A stretch of 64,000 nucleotides of DNA from Octopus bimaculoides (lineage: Eukaryota), in the NCBI RefSeq assembly GCF_001194135.2, contig NC_068985.1:32501995-32565994 (forward strand). Direction: 5' to 3'. Below are positions 1-15,102 of this stretch, in pieces. Each line of letters opens with the position of its first letter. The first letter of the stretch is position 1. The notes beneath the pieces were generated by a model. The model searched no databases. It was not told where the DNA came from and saw only the letters and a list, made by a program, of their open reading frames with translations. The translations under genes and the position numbers were made by a program.

Positions 1-380
1 AATTCAATCTCAGCATATAAAAGTAACATTATTTTTGCTTGTATAACATCCTACAACTTTATTTAAAGAGTAATAATTTTATACAAAAGTTTTCAATTTC
101 ATTTGGATTTCAGCTAGTTTACAACTTTTATTTTTGCACCACTAATTATACTTATTTCTGTATATAACATTTATGTATCCAGGAATATGCATAAGTAGAT
201 TATTTTCTACAAACTTAGTAGTTAGCCATCTATATTGTATAGTTTAAATGAGAATTCCATTGATATAATTTTGTATTTTCTAAATAAATTAAAAGTTTTT
301 TTATATGATGGTTGTCATAGCACAACTTAGTTTACTACTTTTATAATGTAGAGAACATTAATAATTTGGTACATTTTTAA

Positions 381-1905
<1,525 letters not shown>

Positions 1906-4596
1906 GCCAATGAAATTTTCTTTGATGTTTTCGGATGTTATAGAATTCTACCTAGAATGAAATTGCTTCTAATTTGTTCCCCACCTTCATCCTGATGTGA
2001 TTGGTAATCTGTAATCATGGAGCCTGAAGAAGAGAAAATTAAAATCTTAATTTTGCTCAAAAATTTGTTATGTCGTGAAATCTAATAAACACTTGTGGAC
2101 AGTTGGTTGTTAGTAAGCATACTGAAGAAGTTTATTATTGGGGTGGCAGCAAGTAGGTAGTGAAAATTAAGAATGATTAATTAAATGTCTTATGGTATTT
2201 ATTTACATCCTGAATTCAAGTGCTTCTGGAATTGACGTCTCCTTTAATCTCCCTGGAGTCAATAAAGGAAGTATTTATTAACCATTTTAATTGACTGTTT
2301 CTTTTCAAAATGTGTGGCCCTGTGACATTGTTAGAAATCATCATCATCATCATTATCATTATGTAATGTGAGAGAGGAGGAAATATAGCGACCATGGTTA
2401 TCACAAGCCCCCCACCTACTCCAAATAAAGGAAGTTGATACAACTGAGGTTAAGGTTTATTCTGTGAGGTAAATAAATGTGAGCTGAGACACCTCCCAGA
2501 AGACTATAAACTTGAGCAAGAAGAATTTGGGAAAATATGAATTGAGGTAAAATATAGATAAGTAGTAAGGCAGATGCATCGGATGAGCTTGGGTTAATGT
2601 GGTCTGTAACTTACAAATTGAGAGAAACAAGCTATTATGAAATCAAAAGACAAATGGGTCATGCCCATGAGTTATTGGCTGCAGTGTAATGGTGAATAAA
2701 TCTTTGCTGAAGAGGAGGATATCTTTTGTGTGTTTCTGGTAGCAGAAGTGCTGCTACCAGTCTGTTGATTATTTTGTATAGACAAATTAATCACATTATG
2801 ACTGGATGAAAATGTTTTCTTCAGGAAACCAGAATGTTAGAAACATTTTGAAATAAAGTTATTTACATTGGTACTATGGTAAGTTATTTGAGTGAAATAT
2901 ATTCTTCAGCTCTCTGATTTAAGATGTGTGCATATCTTGTCAGGTATTGTGAAGAGGCTGGAAATTTAAGTGGTAACATTTTCATTCAATAAGGTTTTTT
3001 ATTTATTTGAAAATACTTAATTTTTTACTTATTAATTTGTTTCTGTGATTTGCCTGTAGCCATCTTGGAGAACCACTTACAATATTGTTAGTTAGCATTG
3101 ATCCCAATATTTCATCAATTAGTACTTATTTTATTGGCCTATGAAGAGTAAAAAGTTAAGCTGACTTTAGGAAGGTTTGAACTCAGAACATAAAGGGACA
3201 TAACAAAATACCATTGCAAAGTGTTTTGTCTGTTGCTCCACTGATTCTACCATCCACCTTACAATATATTCAGTGAACTTTTTCAGTTTTCTGCCTATTC
3301 AATTTCACTTACAAGACTTTGGGTGATACAAGCTTACAGTGGAAGACACCTAAAGTGCCACTCAACAGGATTGAATCCAGAAGCAGGTGATTACAAAGTG
3401 AACTTCCTAACTACACAGCCATGTCTGTGCCCATTAATTTATATTTCAAAATTCAATTTTGTCTTTTAAATTGGAGTATTAGGATAATCTCATGTAGAGC
3501 GATTAAATGTAATTCTGCTCAAAATAATAACTGAATACGAATGAGATGATTGAAAATTTAATTCACCTTTCAATCTATAATATCAGTATCCAAGCTATCC
3601 ATTTACAATAAAAAAGAGATCACCCTTTTGTGTACGCTGTTACTACTACCAAAAGATTATAATTTCTGATGAAATCACCTAAATTGCATTTACAAGGTAT
3701 CATATTTGGTTTGGCAATATTTTAAGCTTCACATCTTTCAAAATAACGGTCCAAAATTTTTAATATATACTGCAGTCATGAATCATCATGTAATTAGTTA
3801 GTTAGTGTTATTCAGCCAACTCTAAGAAAGAAATTGAGGAAGTAATTTTTTGTTTACTTGTTTTTTTTTATAGTATTTTAGTGTTTCATTTGTTTCATTC
3901 ACTAAAATATTTTGGTTAATACTAAAATAACTCCTACCATTTAAAATAACCACACCTTTAGAGCACCAAGAAATAAGCAGTGTATAAAAAAAGAGAACAG
4001 CTTCTTTGTGTGGACTTATTTGAATGTTGGTTGCTGGTGAAATATGAGAATCATTCATATAAAGCAGTAGCTTGGTAATACAGATATTTTTTTTTCTTAA
4101 AGTGCTATGTGTCAGCTTCCTTGGGAAAGTTGAGGGTGTTTTTATTGATGTATTTATTACTCAGTATCTATTTATGGATCTATATATATATACTTAATTC
4201 TCTATCCATTTAGAAGATTATATATGGTAAATGATAACAGAACCCTAAACCTGAATTTAATTTTAAAACTATAGGCTCTTTTTCCACAAGTACTACTAAA
4301 AGCTACCTGTTAAAATGTAATAATAATTATATCTTAGGGAAGTAATTCATAAAGATTTTCCATTTCTTTAAACCTATGTCTACTGTCAAAAAATTAACTC
4401 TTTCTCACAGAGCAGCATTTAATGTTCATAAACTGCTTTCTTCTAAATTGTTTCCTTTTGTAATTTAATAAGATATGCTGTTGGTATATAAATGGGTTGT
4501 CTTCTCCAAATAATCATTATTGAACTTGCTGCACAAATATTAAAACAGTCAGCAAGTCTCTGCCCAGTTTAGGATTGAAGTGAGGTCCTTTTTTAA

Positions 4597-4818
4597 CTAT
4601 TTAGCATTTAAACCAGCCATATCTAATCCAAATATCCTGCCTGTTTTATTTTCAAAGTAGCTATGTCCAGCTTCTCATACCTATCCTACATTGTCATTGT
4701 TAAATTAAAAACAATCACATCATCAAAATCTCAAAGCTGTGAGATAATGCATGATTAATTCAAAATAATGTGAATACATAAGCTTTACATTTGAAAGAAT
4801 AATCAGAATGCTAAAAGG
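4597..4818. mobile_element. Decayed piggyBac-type MITE
   Basis: TTAA then ctatttagcattt ... aatgctaaaagg; internally similar to 11884-12093. Confidence 0.65.
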
Positions 4819-4869
4819 TTACTCAATAAATAATTTGGTAATGGAAACAATGACAATAAGGAATGTAGA

Positions 4870-5340
4870 GGCTAAATTTGGGAGTTAGGTGGCCAGATTT
4901 TAGGGATGATGTTGCAAAAATTGCCTGACAGCCATGACTGGGTTCTCCTGCTTGTGTGGCATGGTGCAGAGATCTGTTGCCAGACACACGGTCTTCCAGC
5001 AGCCATCCTCCTGACCCAGGACAGCAGTACCTCTTCCAGGTACTTGATGTAGGCTTCTATGTTGAGTCTCAGGCTGTGTGGGAAGATGAATGGAGGCATA
5101 ACGTCGCCATCACTAGTGATCACTCCAAACACCATAATGTTGACTGGATGTTTGATTTTTATCACTCGCCGTACATGTTTTTGGGGACATGGCAAGCCAA
5201 CAGTTGTTCAGTGTGTTAACCATCTGTTCATATTGGAGCTTCTGGTGCAAATGCCAAGCTTGTACAGCATGTTGTTTCCAAATTTCTGGCAGGGTGAATT
5301 GTGTCATGGTGCTGTTTTTCTCACAGACAGTGCCCAACTG
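4870..5340 (-). mobile_element. Tc1/mariner (IS630-Tc1-mariner) transposase remnant
   Basis: VMVFG-like NIMVFGVITSDG, WQQ(D>I)SAPCHTS and WPPNS motifs; frameshifted. Confidence 0.85.
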
Positions 5341-5870
5341 ACCCTACTTTACTGTGTAGTCAGCAAAAACAAAAACAAACTATACACATGCACGATATTA
5401 AAAATATAAAATGGCAACAATTTACCCATCACACTCTGCATATTTATGCTTTCTTGGAAAGCAACTCTGGTTAAGGATATATAATGCAAATTAATGGTAA
5501 AACAGACATTATATGCAATCACAATGGTAGGTTTTGTCTTCATTTCATGTTAAGGTATATTTTGCTTCAGTATTTGGCACTGATATTTGAACTAAATAGT
5601 CATACATCTCATTTTGGCTTGGCTCATAAAAGAAACAAATTTCGATATGATATTGATCTAAAAGTACAAGTAATTTGATCTGAGTTTCTATAGTAGATGT
5701 AGGAGTTTCTTTCTCAAATTTAGGAAAGCAGTTTCAAATTTAAACACCTTAGTTTTGTAATCTATTTTAGTTAACATTTGTCATCTTTTTTTAAATATAG
5801 GTTTAATGATGTGTAATTTATCTAAAATACAGTTTTAAATCACATTTTGCTATTCAGAATATATATATAT

Positions 5871-6252
5871 TCTTTTATTTGTTGCAGTCATTTGACTGTG
5901 GCCTTGCTGGAGCACCACCTTTAGTTGAGCAAATTGACCTCAGGACATATTCTTTGTATGCCTAGTACTTATTCTATTGGTCCTTTTTGCCGAATCGCTA
6001 AGTTACAGGGACATAAACACACCAACATCAGTTGTCAAGCGATGTTGTGGGGATAAACACAGAAACATATACACACACGCACACACACACACACACACGA
6101 CAGGCTTCTTTCAGTTTCCATTTACCAAATTCACTCACAAGGCTGTGGTCAGCCCAAGGCTATAGTAGAAGACATTTGCCCAAGGTGCCACGCAGCAGGA
6201 CTGAATCTGGAACCATGTGATTGGTAAGCAAGCTACTTACCACACAGTTACT
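5871..6252 (-). mobile_element. tRNA-derived SINE, family A, with internal (CA)n
   Basis: Reverse complement of the element at 27756; head gtgtggtaagtagcttgcttacc. Confidence 0.85.
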
Positions 6253-7494
6253 CTTAACTAAGTTTATAGAATTGATATACAATTCTAGATTTTGAAAATC
6301 TTGCTAGAAATTTATGCAATCCTGATTTCTTCTATGGGCTTGCAGTGCTTGAGAAATGTGTAGAAATGAATTCTATTTCCTGGGTTACCTTAATATTCAA
6401 GGAATTTTAAAATAAATTAAATTTAGTCCAAGGTAGAATTGAAGAAAGTAACTTATAGCTAAACATATTATTACAGTTTACTGAGATGTTGAATTTTTAA
6501 TGTATACATCTTGAATAACAGTTGTAAAGTGTGTTACTAAATAAAGCTTCTAAAATAAAATGATATATCATGTTATCTATTTTTAGATTGCTTTGTAGTT
6601 GGTATTGCTTAATACTTAATAGTGCCAGTAAGCCAATAGGGACTGTAAAATAGAAACTTTAGACTCCACTGTGAATGAATCCTTAATGTAGGAAAGACAA
6701 TGTGAAACTGAATATGTATAAACAGAAAAGCGAAGTAGAGATAAGATATGCTCGTGTTGATATCCTTAGAATAGTGCAAAAGTTTAAAGTTAGATTGATT
6801 GGTTGTTGTGACAAACAAGTTATTTAGTTTAGCTAAGTTGTTGTGAACAACAAGAAGAGGTTCTGTAGCAAACATAAATGTAGATATATATTACCAAGTG
6901 GTGTGTGGCACAGTAATAGGATAGAAGATGAGTGATAGATGAGATAGTAATAAAGACAGTGGGAAGGCAGTTGATAGGGACTTAATATGAGCATAATGGG
7001 TAAGAGAGACCCAAATGTAGAAACTGTATATCGCAATTTTTATCACCACCACTGCTGCCATCATTGTTTCTAAGACTATTTTTCCATGTTTACATGGATT
7101 CGGTGGGTCCTCTTCAACACAGCATACTGCCACTTGTTTTGGTCTTTTGTCATATTGTTCGTGACAGTCATCCTTTTGAGACTAATCATGACTGCTTGAT
7201 CCCATGTCTTCCTTGGTCTCCTTTTTCTGCAGGTTCCAATTACTATGCATACTCAGCACTTCTTTAGTCAACTGTCATCTTCTGCATAATATACCCAGTT
7301 TTCTGTCTCAAACACTGCATCTATGTATTGTATGCCTGATCTCTCTTGAACGCTATTTGAATTCTCTTATACATGCTACTCTTCCTGAGCATGCATGAAG
7401 ATTTTTGCACTGGTAGGCCATGTCAGTTTCCAGCTGTTACACTAGAGTACAGTGGTGTTGTGGATACTCACTAAATTTTTGTTTTCACTGAATG

Positions 7495-7985
7495 CATCCA
7501 GCAGAGATGTTGCATCAAGTTTTGCCAAAAGCTTGGTGATACTCAAGTTCAAACCATCCAGAGGATTCAACAGGCCTTTGGCAATGATGCCATGGGCAAA
7601 ACTCAGACTGAGGAGTGGTACAACCACTTCAAACATGGCTGCACCTTAGTGGACAGCAAGACCTGCTCAGGCTGGCCATTCACAAGCCAAAATGAGGAGC
7701 TGATTGAGAAAGTTTGGTGAATAGTAATAGAAGAACCGTTGTGTAACAATCCGTGAAATTGCTCATGAAGTGCGAATAAGCACAGGATCAGTGCATTTCA
7801 TGATGACAGAGGATTTGTGCTTGTGGAGAGTGTTGGCAAAATTCATCCCCAAAGTGCTGGCAGGGCAGTAGAAGTGACTCTGCATGGAAATTGCTCAGGA
7901 CATGCTGAACTATGCAAGCCATGATCCAGACTTGATGAAGACTGTCATCACTAGTTATGAGACATGGGTTTATGGTTTCTGCTCA
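7495..7985 (+). mobile_element. mariner transposase remnant (N-terminal half)
   Basis: QQRCCIKFCQKLG, TIREIAHEV, RVLAKFIPK and VITSYETWVYG (ITGDETW) motifs. Confidence 0.85.
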
Positions 7986-8179
7986 ATGTGGCACCAGCAT
8001 GGGTGCTTGTTATGTGCACAGGCACAAATGTTTTTTTTTTATGTGATACCAAAACTAGTGCTTTTTACTTGGCACCAGATCCCATGAGCTTGCAAGACAA
8101 GAACCTCTCAACTGAGAGTGGGAGTTGGGGGCATGGCCATAAAAGATATATCTGTATGTATGGATGGCCATGATTTTTA

Positions 8180-8327
8180 CTTACTTTTCTGTGTCTTCTC
8201 AAGCATAGCAAGTTGCAGAAGTCTCAGTCCCTTATCTCCTCTCTGAGCCCCAATGTCTGAAGATCCTTTCTCACCACTTTATCCCACATCTTCCTGGGTC
8301 ACTCTCTTCCACAGGTTCCCTCTACAA
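8180..8327 (-). mobile_element. RTE LINE ORF2 3'-end fragment
   Basis: Degenerate GTCGR...RKMW...LEKT, resembling 1229-1432. Confidence 0.6.
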
Positions 8328-8334
8328 TTAGATA

Positions 8335-8337
<3 letters not shown>

Positions 8338-8398
<61 letters not shown>
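8338..8398. repeat. (TG)n(TA)n compound microsatellite
   Basis: Seen directly in the sequence. Confidence 0.95.
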
Positions 8399-9888
8399 AT
8401 CAATACTTGATTGAGGCACATATTGACTACCTATCAGCCTATATGCTGTTCCACAACCAGCTAGAAATAGCAACCAAGTTCCCTCAAATAACATTCTGTC
8501 ATCTGTAAAATAGAAAAGCACTTGGAACAGTTTGGTCCTATATATCTAAAAAGATAGGATGGTCAGAGCTGGAATACTTTGATCACAGGACTGCTCTATC
8601 AACTTTGGCTTGAGGTTAAACAACGACTATGTAAGACTAGAATAACATGTGCCTATCCTGCTTATGCAACTGTTGTCAGCATGTAATTTACTGTTTTTCA
8701 TGTTTGATTTGAATGCAGTTTTACAAGTTTGGTTGATCAACCCTATTAGTAACTACTATCATTGAGCTAGTCATTTACCATGTCATTGGCTCTATATAGA
8801 TGGTAACTGTACTTTTTGAAGTGTTGTCTTCTCTGTAGTATTAAGAGACACATTTACATTGTTCGTCTGTTGAAAAAATTATTTTTCTCCTATATTGTAT
8901 TCAAAGTACTTTTCCTCTTAGTTTGTTTTACTGCAGTACAAGAACAAGAGTACAAAAAGTTCATAAATTGAAAATGGAAGTCAAGGAGGAAGTGATAAAA
9001 TGATAAATAACTGAGATTGTGTTGCTAGCCTATACAACCTATTCTTGATAATAAACATTAAAACAACGGTAGTAACCATGATAATTGTCAGTTTAATAAA
9101 ACTTAGTTTTTCTCTTAATATTGTCGGGTTGATAATGATCATGGAGGTAATCAATATTTAGTTATGACTTTGCTATTTATATGGTAAAATAATATTTACC
9201 ACCAGTGTGGATGAATGGTTGAGAGGTTTGTTTCACAATCATGAGGTCTCAAGTTCAATCCCATTCTGCAGCTTCATGAGCAAGTGTCTTTTCATGAGCT
9301 CAGGTTGTCCCAAACCTCGTGAGTGAAAATGGGTAGATGGAACTCTATAGAATCTCATGAAATAGATTGTACCTGTAAATTAAAAGGCCAGCCTTGTCAC
9401 ACAGTTGTGTTGATTCTCTGACAATTATGTTATGGGCACATGTCTTTATAGAAACTTTTGGTTAGTTACTGGCCAATTCAATGAGCAAGTAGTTCAGTTG
9501 ATTGAACAACAGAATACTCATCATTGAGGCAGACAAATCTATTTACAAGTCCTAGGAGATTTTTAAGGGATAGTGCTAATTACTCAGCATTCCTTATAGT
9601 CTTTCTAATGTAAGCCATCTTTAATATAAAGCTATAAACCTAACACTAGCTTCATTTTTAGAAGCTAGTTGAGAGTTGGTAACATGAAACTCCACCTTAA
9701 TATGTGGAGTTCATATATTGCTGTTCATTTTGACTTAAGTTTAATTTTGACACATTTCATCATCCTAAACATAGAAAGGATAAAGATACTTTCAATCAGA
9801 TATTCAAATATTGATTTCTAAAATATCTAGTTTGGTATCAAGCTACCATCATTTTTATTAATAGCTTTTATATATATATATATATATA

Positions 9889-9949
9889 ATCGTCCAACCC
9901 ATACCAGCATGGAAAATGGATGTTAAATGATGATGATGATGATGATGAT
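9889..9949 (+). mobile_element. Extremely truncated retroelement tail ending in (TGA)n, inside a (TA)n tract
   Basis: ccaacccataccagcatggaaaatggatgttaaa(tga)n, the same tail as the RTE at 636. Confidence 0.8.
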
Positions 9950-11883
9950 ATATATATATATATATAAAGAATAATTCTTACAAATTCAATGACACAGTTC
10001 TATTGATCACTATTGTGATTTAAATCTTTATATTTGGTACAGTTTTCTTTTTCGGTAGCCTACTTTCAGTATGTTGTGTGTTGTATATAATAAAGAAAAC
10101 TTGGAGGGGGGGGGGGATTTCTGTAGCATTAAACACACACATGATAAATAAATACATGTGGTATACCTCTGTTCATTTTGCACATAAGAAGTAAACCCAT
10201 AAAGTGGAGAAGTATTCAAGAGTGGAAAGACACAAAGCTAGTACAATGTTACAGTGTGCTGGTGCAAACATTAGTATTTGGTATATGGGAGTGCTTGTGC
10301 AAACAAGGTTTGAAGCATATGGAAGTACTGCAACCCATGCTAGCTTACTATAAATATGATGATGTGAATGACAATGTATATCATAGTAGTTGTCTTTAAA
10401 TTAGTTACTATATTTCCTTTGTCTTCATATCCTCAAAGAAAATAATAAACAACATATTTTGACAGTTGATAGTTAATACTGAAAGTTGGGAAGTTTTAAA
10501 TTAACCAAAGAAGAGGTATAGTAATCAGGATCTGTGGAGACTTTCTTTGACTGATAACATTGTAGTTAAGCCTGACCTTCTTTTTAATATCTGCAGGAAA
10601 AGTGTGGGCTGGTAATTTGCAGTTGTACAAATATGAAGAGCAGGGATTGAACATTGTATGTAATATAGGGTATGTGAGATAAGAGAAATGGGTACATCTG
10701 GCATTCCTCAGAAGAGATAGTAGACAGTTCAGTGAAGCAAAAACCATTGTAGTTGAATACATATAACTAAGAAACTGTATGTCTGTGATGAGTGGTTGGA
10801 GAATGTCAGTGAACAATTCTTTGCCTGTCAGTCAAATGGCCTTTCTAACATTTGGAATGCAGATTTGTCAGTGTTATGTATGAGACATCATCATTGATAA
10901 CATGACTATTATTTGATGGTTTCAATTTTATGTTGTTCATCTACAGAATGGAGAGCACATATTTACACTTATACACTTACAGAATGCTGTTGACATCAGA
11001 TGTACAGGAATAGAGGACCATTTAAAAATGCATTTTGAATTATTTTTTTCCTGCAATTATGTTGACTCCTCCAGCCTAAATCAGTAACTGATTTCTTTCA
11101 TCTATTATGAATAAGAGAAACGCCTTTTACTTACTAACTTAGACTAGATTACAAAATATATCATACACCATGTGGGATTTCACATATATGATCATGGCTA
11201 ATATTAATAAACACCAACACTGATACCAACAGAAGCAATACTACATCATGTGTAAGTTATTTAAGATAATGTAAGCACTCTTTTCACACCTATTGGACTT
11301 TACATTAAATCAAGATCTTCTTTGGTGCTATAAAAAAAAAGACACTGAGATAACCCTTTTGTCAGCAATATGAAGCAGCAAAAATAAGATATTGGGATGT
11401 AATTCACTCAAACTATTTTACAACAGAACAGCTTCAGCAACAAGCATCTTTTGCAAAAAAAAAAACAAAAAAAAAAAGAAGAAAAGAAAATTGATTAGCA
11501 TCACAAGAATTGGAATAACAATTGCTAAATGTAATAGTTAGTCTTCTCAAAACACTGAAAACTAGCCAAAATCTGCCATAAGAGATTGAAAATAATGTGG
11601 ACAAACCATTACTGTCAATCAATATTAAACTTACATACATTTCTGCATTTAACTGATTTGACAAAGACAACTGTGGAATGTATTTAACTAAGAACATTTT
11701 GAAACCACTGTTCATATCCAGTTTTGTAAGTTATTGCTGAGTATCAGAGCATTCTTAATGAAAAATATTTAATGCTTTCATATTAAAAGTTATTGATGAT
11801 GTTGCAGAGAACATGCAGAATCATAATGTTAATTATTATTTGGTAGTTAATACCTTCCTATACTCAGCTGTTATCACTCGTAA

Positions 11884-12093
11884 CCCTTTAGCATTTAAAC
11901 TGGCCATATCCAGCCAAAATATTCTTGTCTTATGTTCAAACCAGCCAGATCAAGCACCTCACACCAACCCTGCAATGTCATTCTAAAATTACACAATTAC
12001 ACCATTGAAATCTTTAAGCTACAAAGTAATGCATGCTTATTCAAAACAATGTGAATGAATAAGCATTACATTTGAGTAATGAATGCTAAGGGG
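11884..12093. mobile_element. piggyBac-type MITE
   Basis: TIRs ccctttagcatt / aatgctaagggg; the TTAA flanks are degenerate. Confidence 0.75.
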
Positions 12094-12458
12094 TTATAGA
12101 ACAGCTCGGAGAAACCTGCAGTGCATGTGATAATGAAATTACTAAACAAAAGCAACCCAAGTGGAAAACAAAGCTTGAAGGAAATCTCAACAATCTACAC
12201 TGCCATTTTGAATGGTTAACCACAAAATAAAATGTAAGGGAAGTAATGAGTTCATATCTTACCAGTTAAATCTGATACAAAAAAATACCAATAACTTTTT
12301 TCATGCCAAGCTTTTAATTGCTTTAAAGCACAAACTCAGAATGTTGAGTGAAAACGTTATTGTAGAAAAATATCTGTGTGAGCTAGTATAAATCACAAGT
12401 TTGCTTCCAATGCACAGGCATTACACCAGGAGGTAAACAAGAAAGACATTACTATTAA

Positions 12459-12605
12459 CCCTTTAGCATTCACATGACTCTGTCAAATGTAAATATGATT
12501 GTAAATTTCCAAAATGACATTGTACGATAGGTGTGAGAAGCAGGGTCTGGTCATAAAGCAGGTTGAATATTTGGGCTGGATATGGTTGGATTCAATGCTA
12601 AAGGG
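12459..12605. mobile_element. piggyBac-type MITE, 147 bp
   Basis: Perfect 12-bp TIRs CCCTTTAGCATT / AATGCTAAAGGG with TTAA at 12455-12458 and 12606-12609. Confidence 0.88.
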
Positions 12606-12899
12606 TTAAGAAAGCACCTTCTCAGGAACATCTTAAATTATTCTGATCTAAGATCTAGAAAGAAAAGAGAGGTTTCAACCAGAATGCATCATGGCTAAAC
12701 ACATGTAAGAAAGAATACTGTACCAACATCAACAGTAAAACCTACACAATTAACCCTGAAACTTTCACCATAGCTGTAGGCAAATGGGAAGGCACCTGAA
12801 AGAGACTTAAAAGTTGGATACTGGTACAATAAGTTGATCTACAGAAATCCATTAATATGTATATTCCAAAGAACTATAGAAGTCCAGGTTGACATATCA

Positions 12900-13880
12900 A
12901 ATTGGCTTGCTATAGTGAGGACAAATTTAATCAAGAATGAAACCAAGTTGGCAGAAAGCTATAGGTTCATTTTTTTGCCTGAATATGATGTACAAGCTTT
13001 ACACTAGCTGTCTCAGCCAATTCATCTGGAATTATTGTGAGTCCAACAATATTGTGACTGATGAGCAGGCAGGTGGAAAGAAGGGAGCATGGGAATGTGC
13101 TGTACAACTTTTGATAAACTAAACTGTGCTGTCAGAAGTAAGAAAATACTGCAGGAATCTTGTGACAGTGTGGCTTGATTGCAAGAAAGTGTTCAACTCT
13201 GTTCCCCTACTCATAGTTGCTGAAGCCTTTGCATTTGGCAAAAGGGTCTGCAACCTTAGTTAAGCCAATGAGAGGCTCACAAAGACCTGAGCAACAATCC
13301 ACACACTTGAAACTGAGAGTAGAACAACTGTTTCTGATGTTATAAATATTTCAGAGAGAATATTCCAATGAGATAGCCTTTCCATACTATTATTTTGACA
13401 TTAAATTTGTTATACTTTATTTTGTAAAAATTCAATACCTCCATGCTACATGCAATTACTAGAGATAACCAATGTAATCCATGATTTCTTTGTGGATGAT
13501 TTGAAGGTCTATGTTTAAATGCTTGCATGCCAACAAAACAACTGGAATTAATATCATATTCAGCTGACATAGAAATGGAATTTAGCCAAAAGAAGTATTT
13601 ATATTTGATTGTTGAATGTGGAAAATCATTCCTCTGAACCCAGAACCAGTGCACCATAGTCTATTTCTCCTGTTCCACACAAAGACTGCTACATATATCT
13701 AGGTATTGATGAAAATATATCATTCACAGGTGGTGTGAACAAAAATATAGTGACCTGAGAATATTACATCAGGCTTAGAAACATAGCAGTCAGAGCTCTC
13801 CTTACAAGGCAATATCCCACAGTGCATTTGCAGTTCCTATATTGGTACCAGCATTGGCTAATTTCATCACCTGGCACTGG
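12900..13880 (+). mobile_element. Non-LTR reverse transcriptase remnant, R4/Dong-like
   Basis: CLNMMYKLYTSCL, EQAGGKKG..C..QLLINK, WLD.KK.FNSVP, IFQ*DSLS, FFVDDLKVY and YLGIDE motifs, with stops. Confidence 0.75.
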
Positions 13881-14049
13881 ATCCAAACATACTTTCCTTG
13901 GCTTCAAATTCTTCCCACAGATCAGAGCAAACTTTCACCCTCCTCTTCTTCAAATCATGTGTCAACTCACACACATTTTCCATACTCTAAAGTTTTCTAC
14001 CTTCTTCTGTAATGCATTGCAATCACAGTCCAGTTGTGCAACAACTGTT

Positions 14050-14300
14050 CACATGAATCATTTTATTTTCTTGTTGGTGATCAACAGTAGTGGTTGCTGT
14101 TGATGGTCTCCTATTGCTGGGTTGGTCTTCAATACTGGTTTCTGCTTCTTTAAACTGTAAATAACCTGTAACCTTCTGTGGATGAGAGACAGCCTCGATT
14201 TCTCTTTCATCAAAAACTCGATGACAGCATGTTGCTTCTGCTTGAAACCCATTACTTGCTTACAGTGGAGAACACAAAGAAAAATTACTATAAAGGAAGA
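14050..14300 (-). mobile_element. mariner N-terminal remnant
   Basis: KQKQHAVIEFL...IHRRLQVIY. Confidence 0.65.
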
Positions 14301-14924
14301 GTCAATCTTCCCACATTTGCAATTTGAAAATATGTTAGTCCATAAAAAAAGTGTTACATTCATTTCTGCATTACTTTCTGAACAACCCTTGTTTATGTAA
14401 TGTTGCTATTGAAGGAGAGTAGGTATTTATTCTGTGTACATCAAAAAATGTTTCTGAAATCTGTTCATGGAAACACTGACAAATATTTTTGAGATATTTC
14501 TGCTTAGAAGCAGTGCATGTCTGATTTAGCATAAAGTGTCTGTACCTATCCATCTTAGACAAGTTAGACATACAGTAGGTGAAGATACTGGTTCAAAATG
14601 TTCAGAATTGCAAATAGTTTGGAGCTGGTCCAAGTGGTATCTGTGTGAGAAAATTCAAGAAGAGCTGTGAGGATTGGGTCACAGAGAATATGACTTTGGA
14701 ATGTAGTGAGAGTTGAGATAAATGTTCTCAATGTTGGATAAGATAGCTGAACAGCTGAAAGAAAAAAGCAATCCCCCAGCAACCAGATCAATTTAGAGGA
14801 ATGGGGAGAGATTCTGAATAACTAAAAGTGGTTTGTTTTTTTACTTAAACCTTTGGCATTATGTCGTACTTCAGAAGATCCAAGCCAAGAAAAATTGCAG
14901 TCATGGCACATAAATGCACCCTGG

Positions 14925-15102
14925 TGCCGGTGGGACGTAAAAGCACCCATTATACTCGGAGTGGTTGGCATTAGGAAGAGCATCCAGCTGTAGAAAACCA
15001 TGCCAAATCAGGCTGGAGTCCTGTGCAGCCTTCCAGCCTGCCAGCTCAGTCAAGCCGTCCAACCCATGCTAGCATGGACAACAGACGTTAAATGATGATG
15101 AT
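14925..15102 (+). mobile_element. SINE/LINE 3' tail module ending in (TGA)n
   Basis: ggagtggttggcattaggaag...ccagctgtagaaa...caacccatgctagcatgg...gttaaatgatgatgat. Confidence 0.8.
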
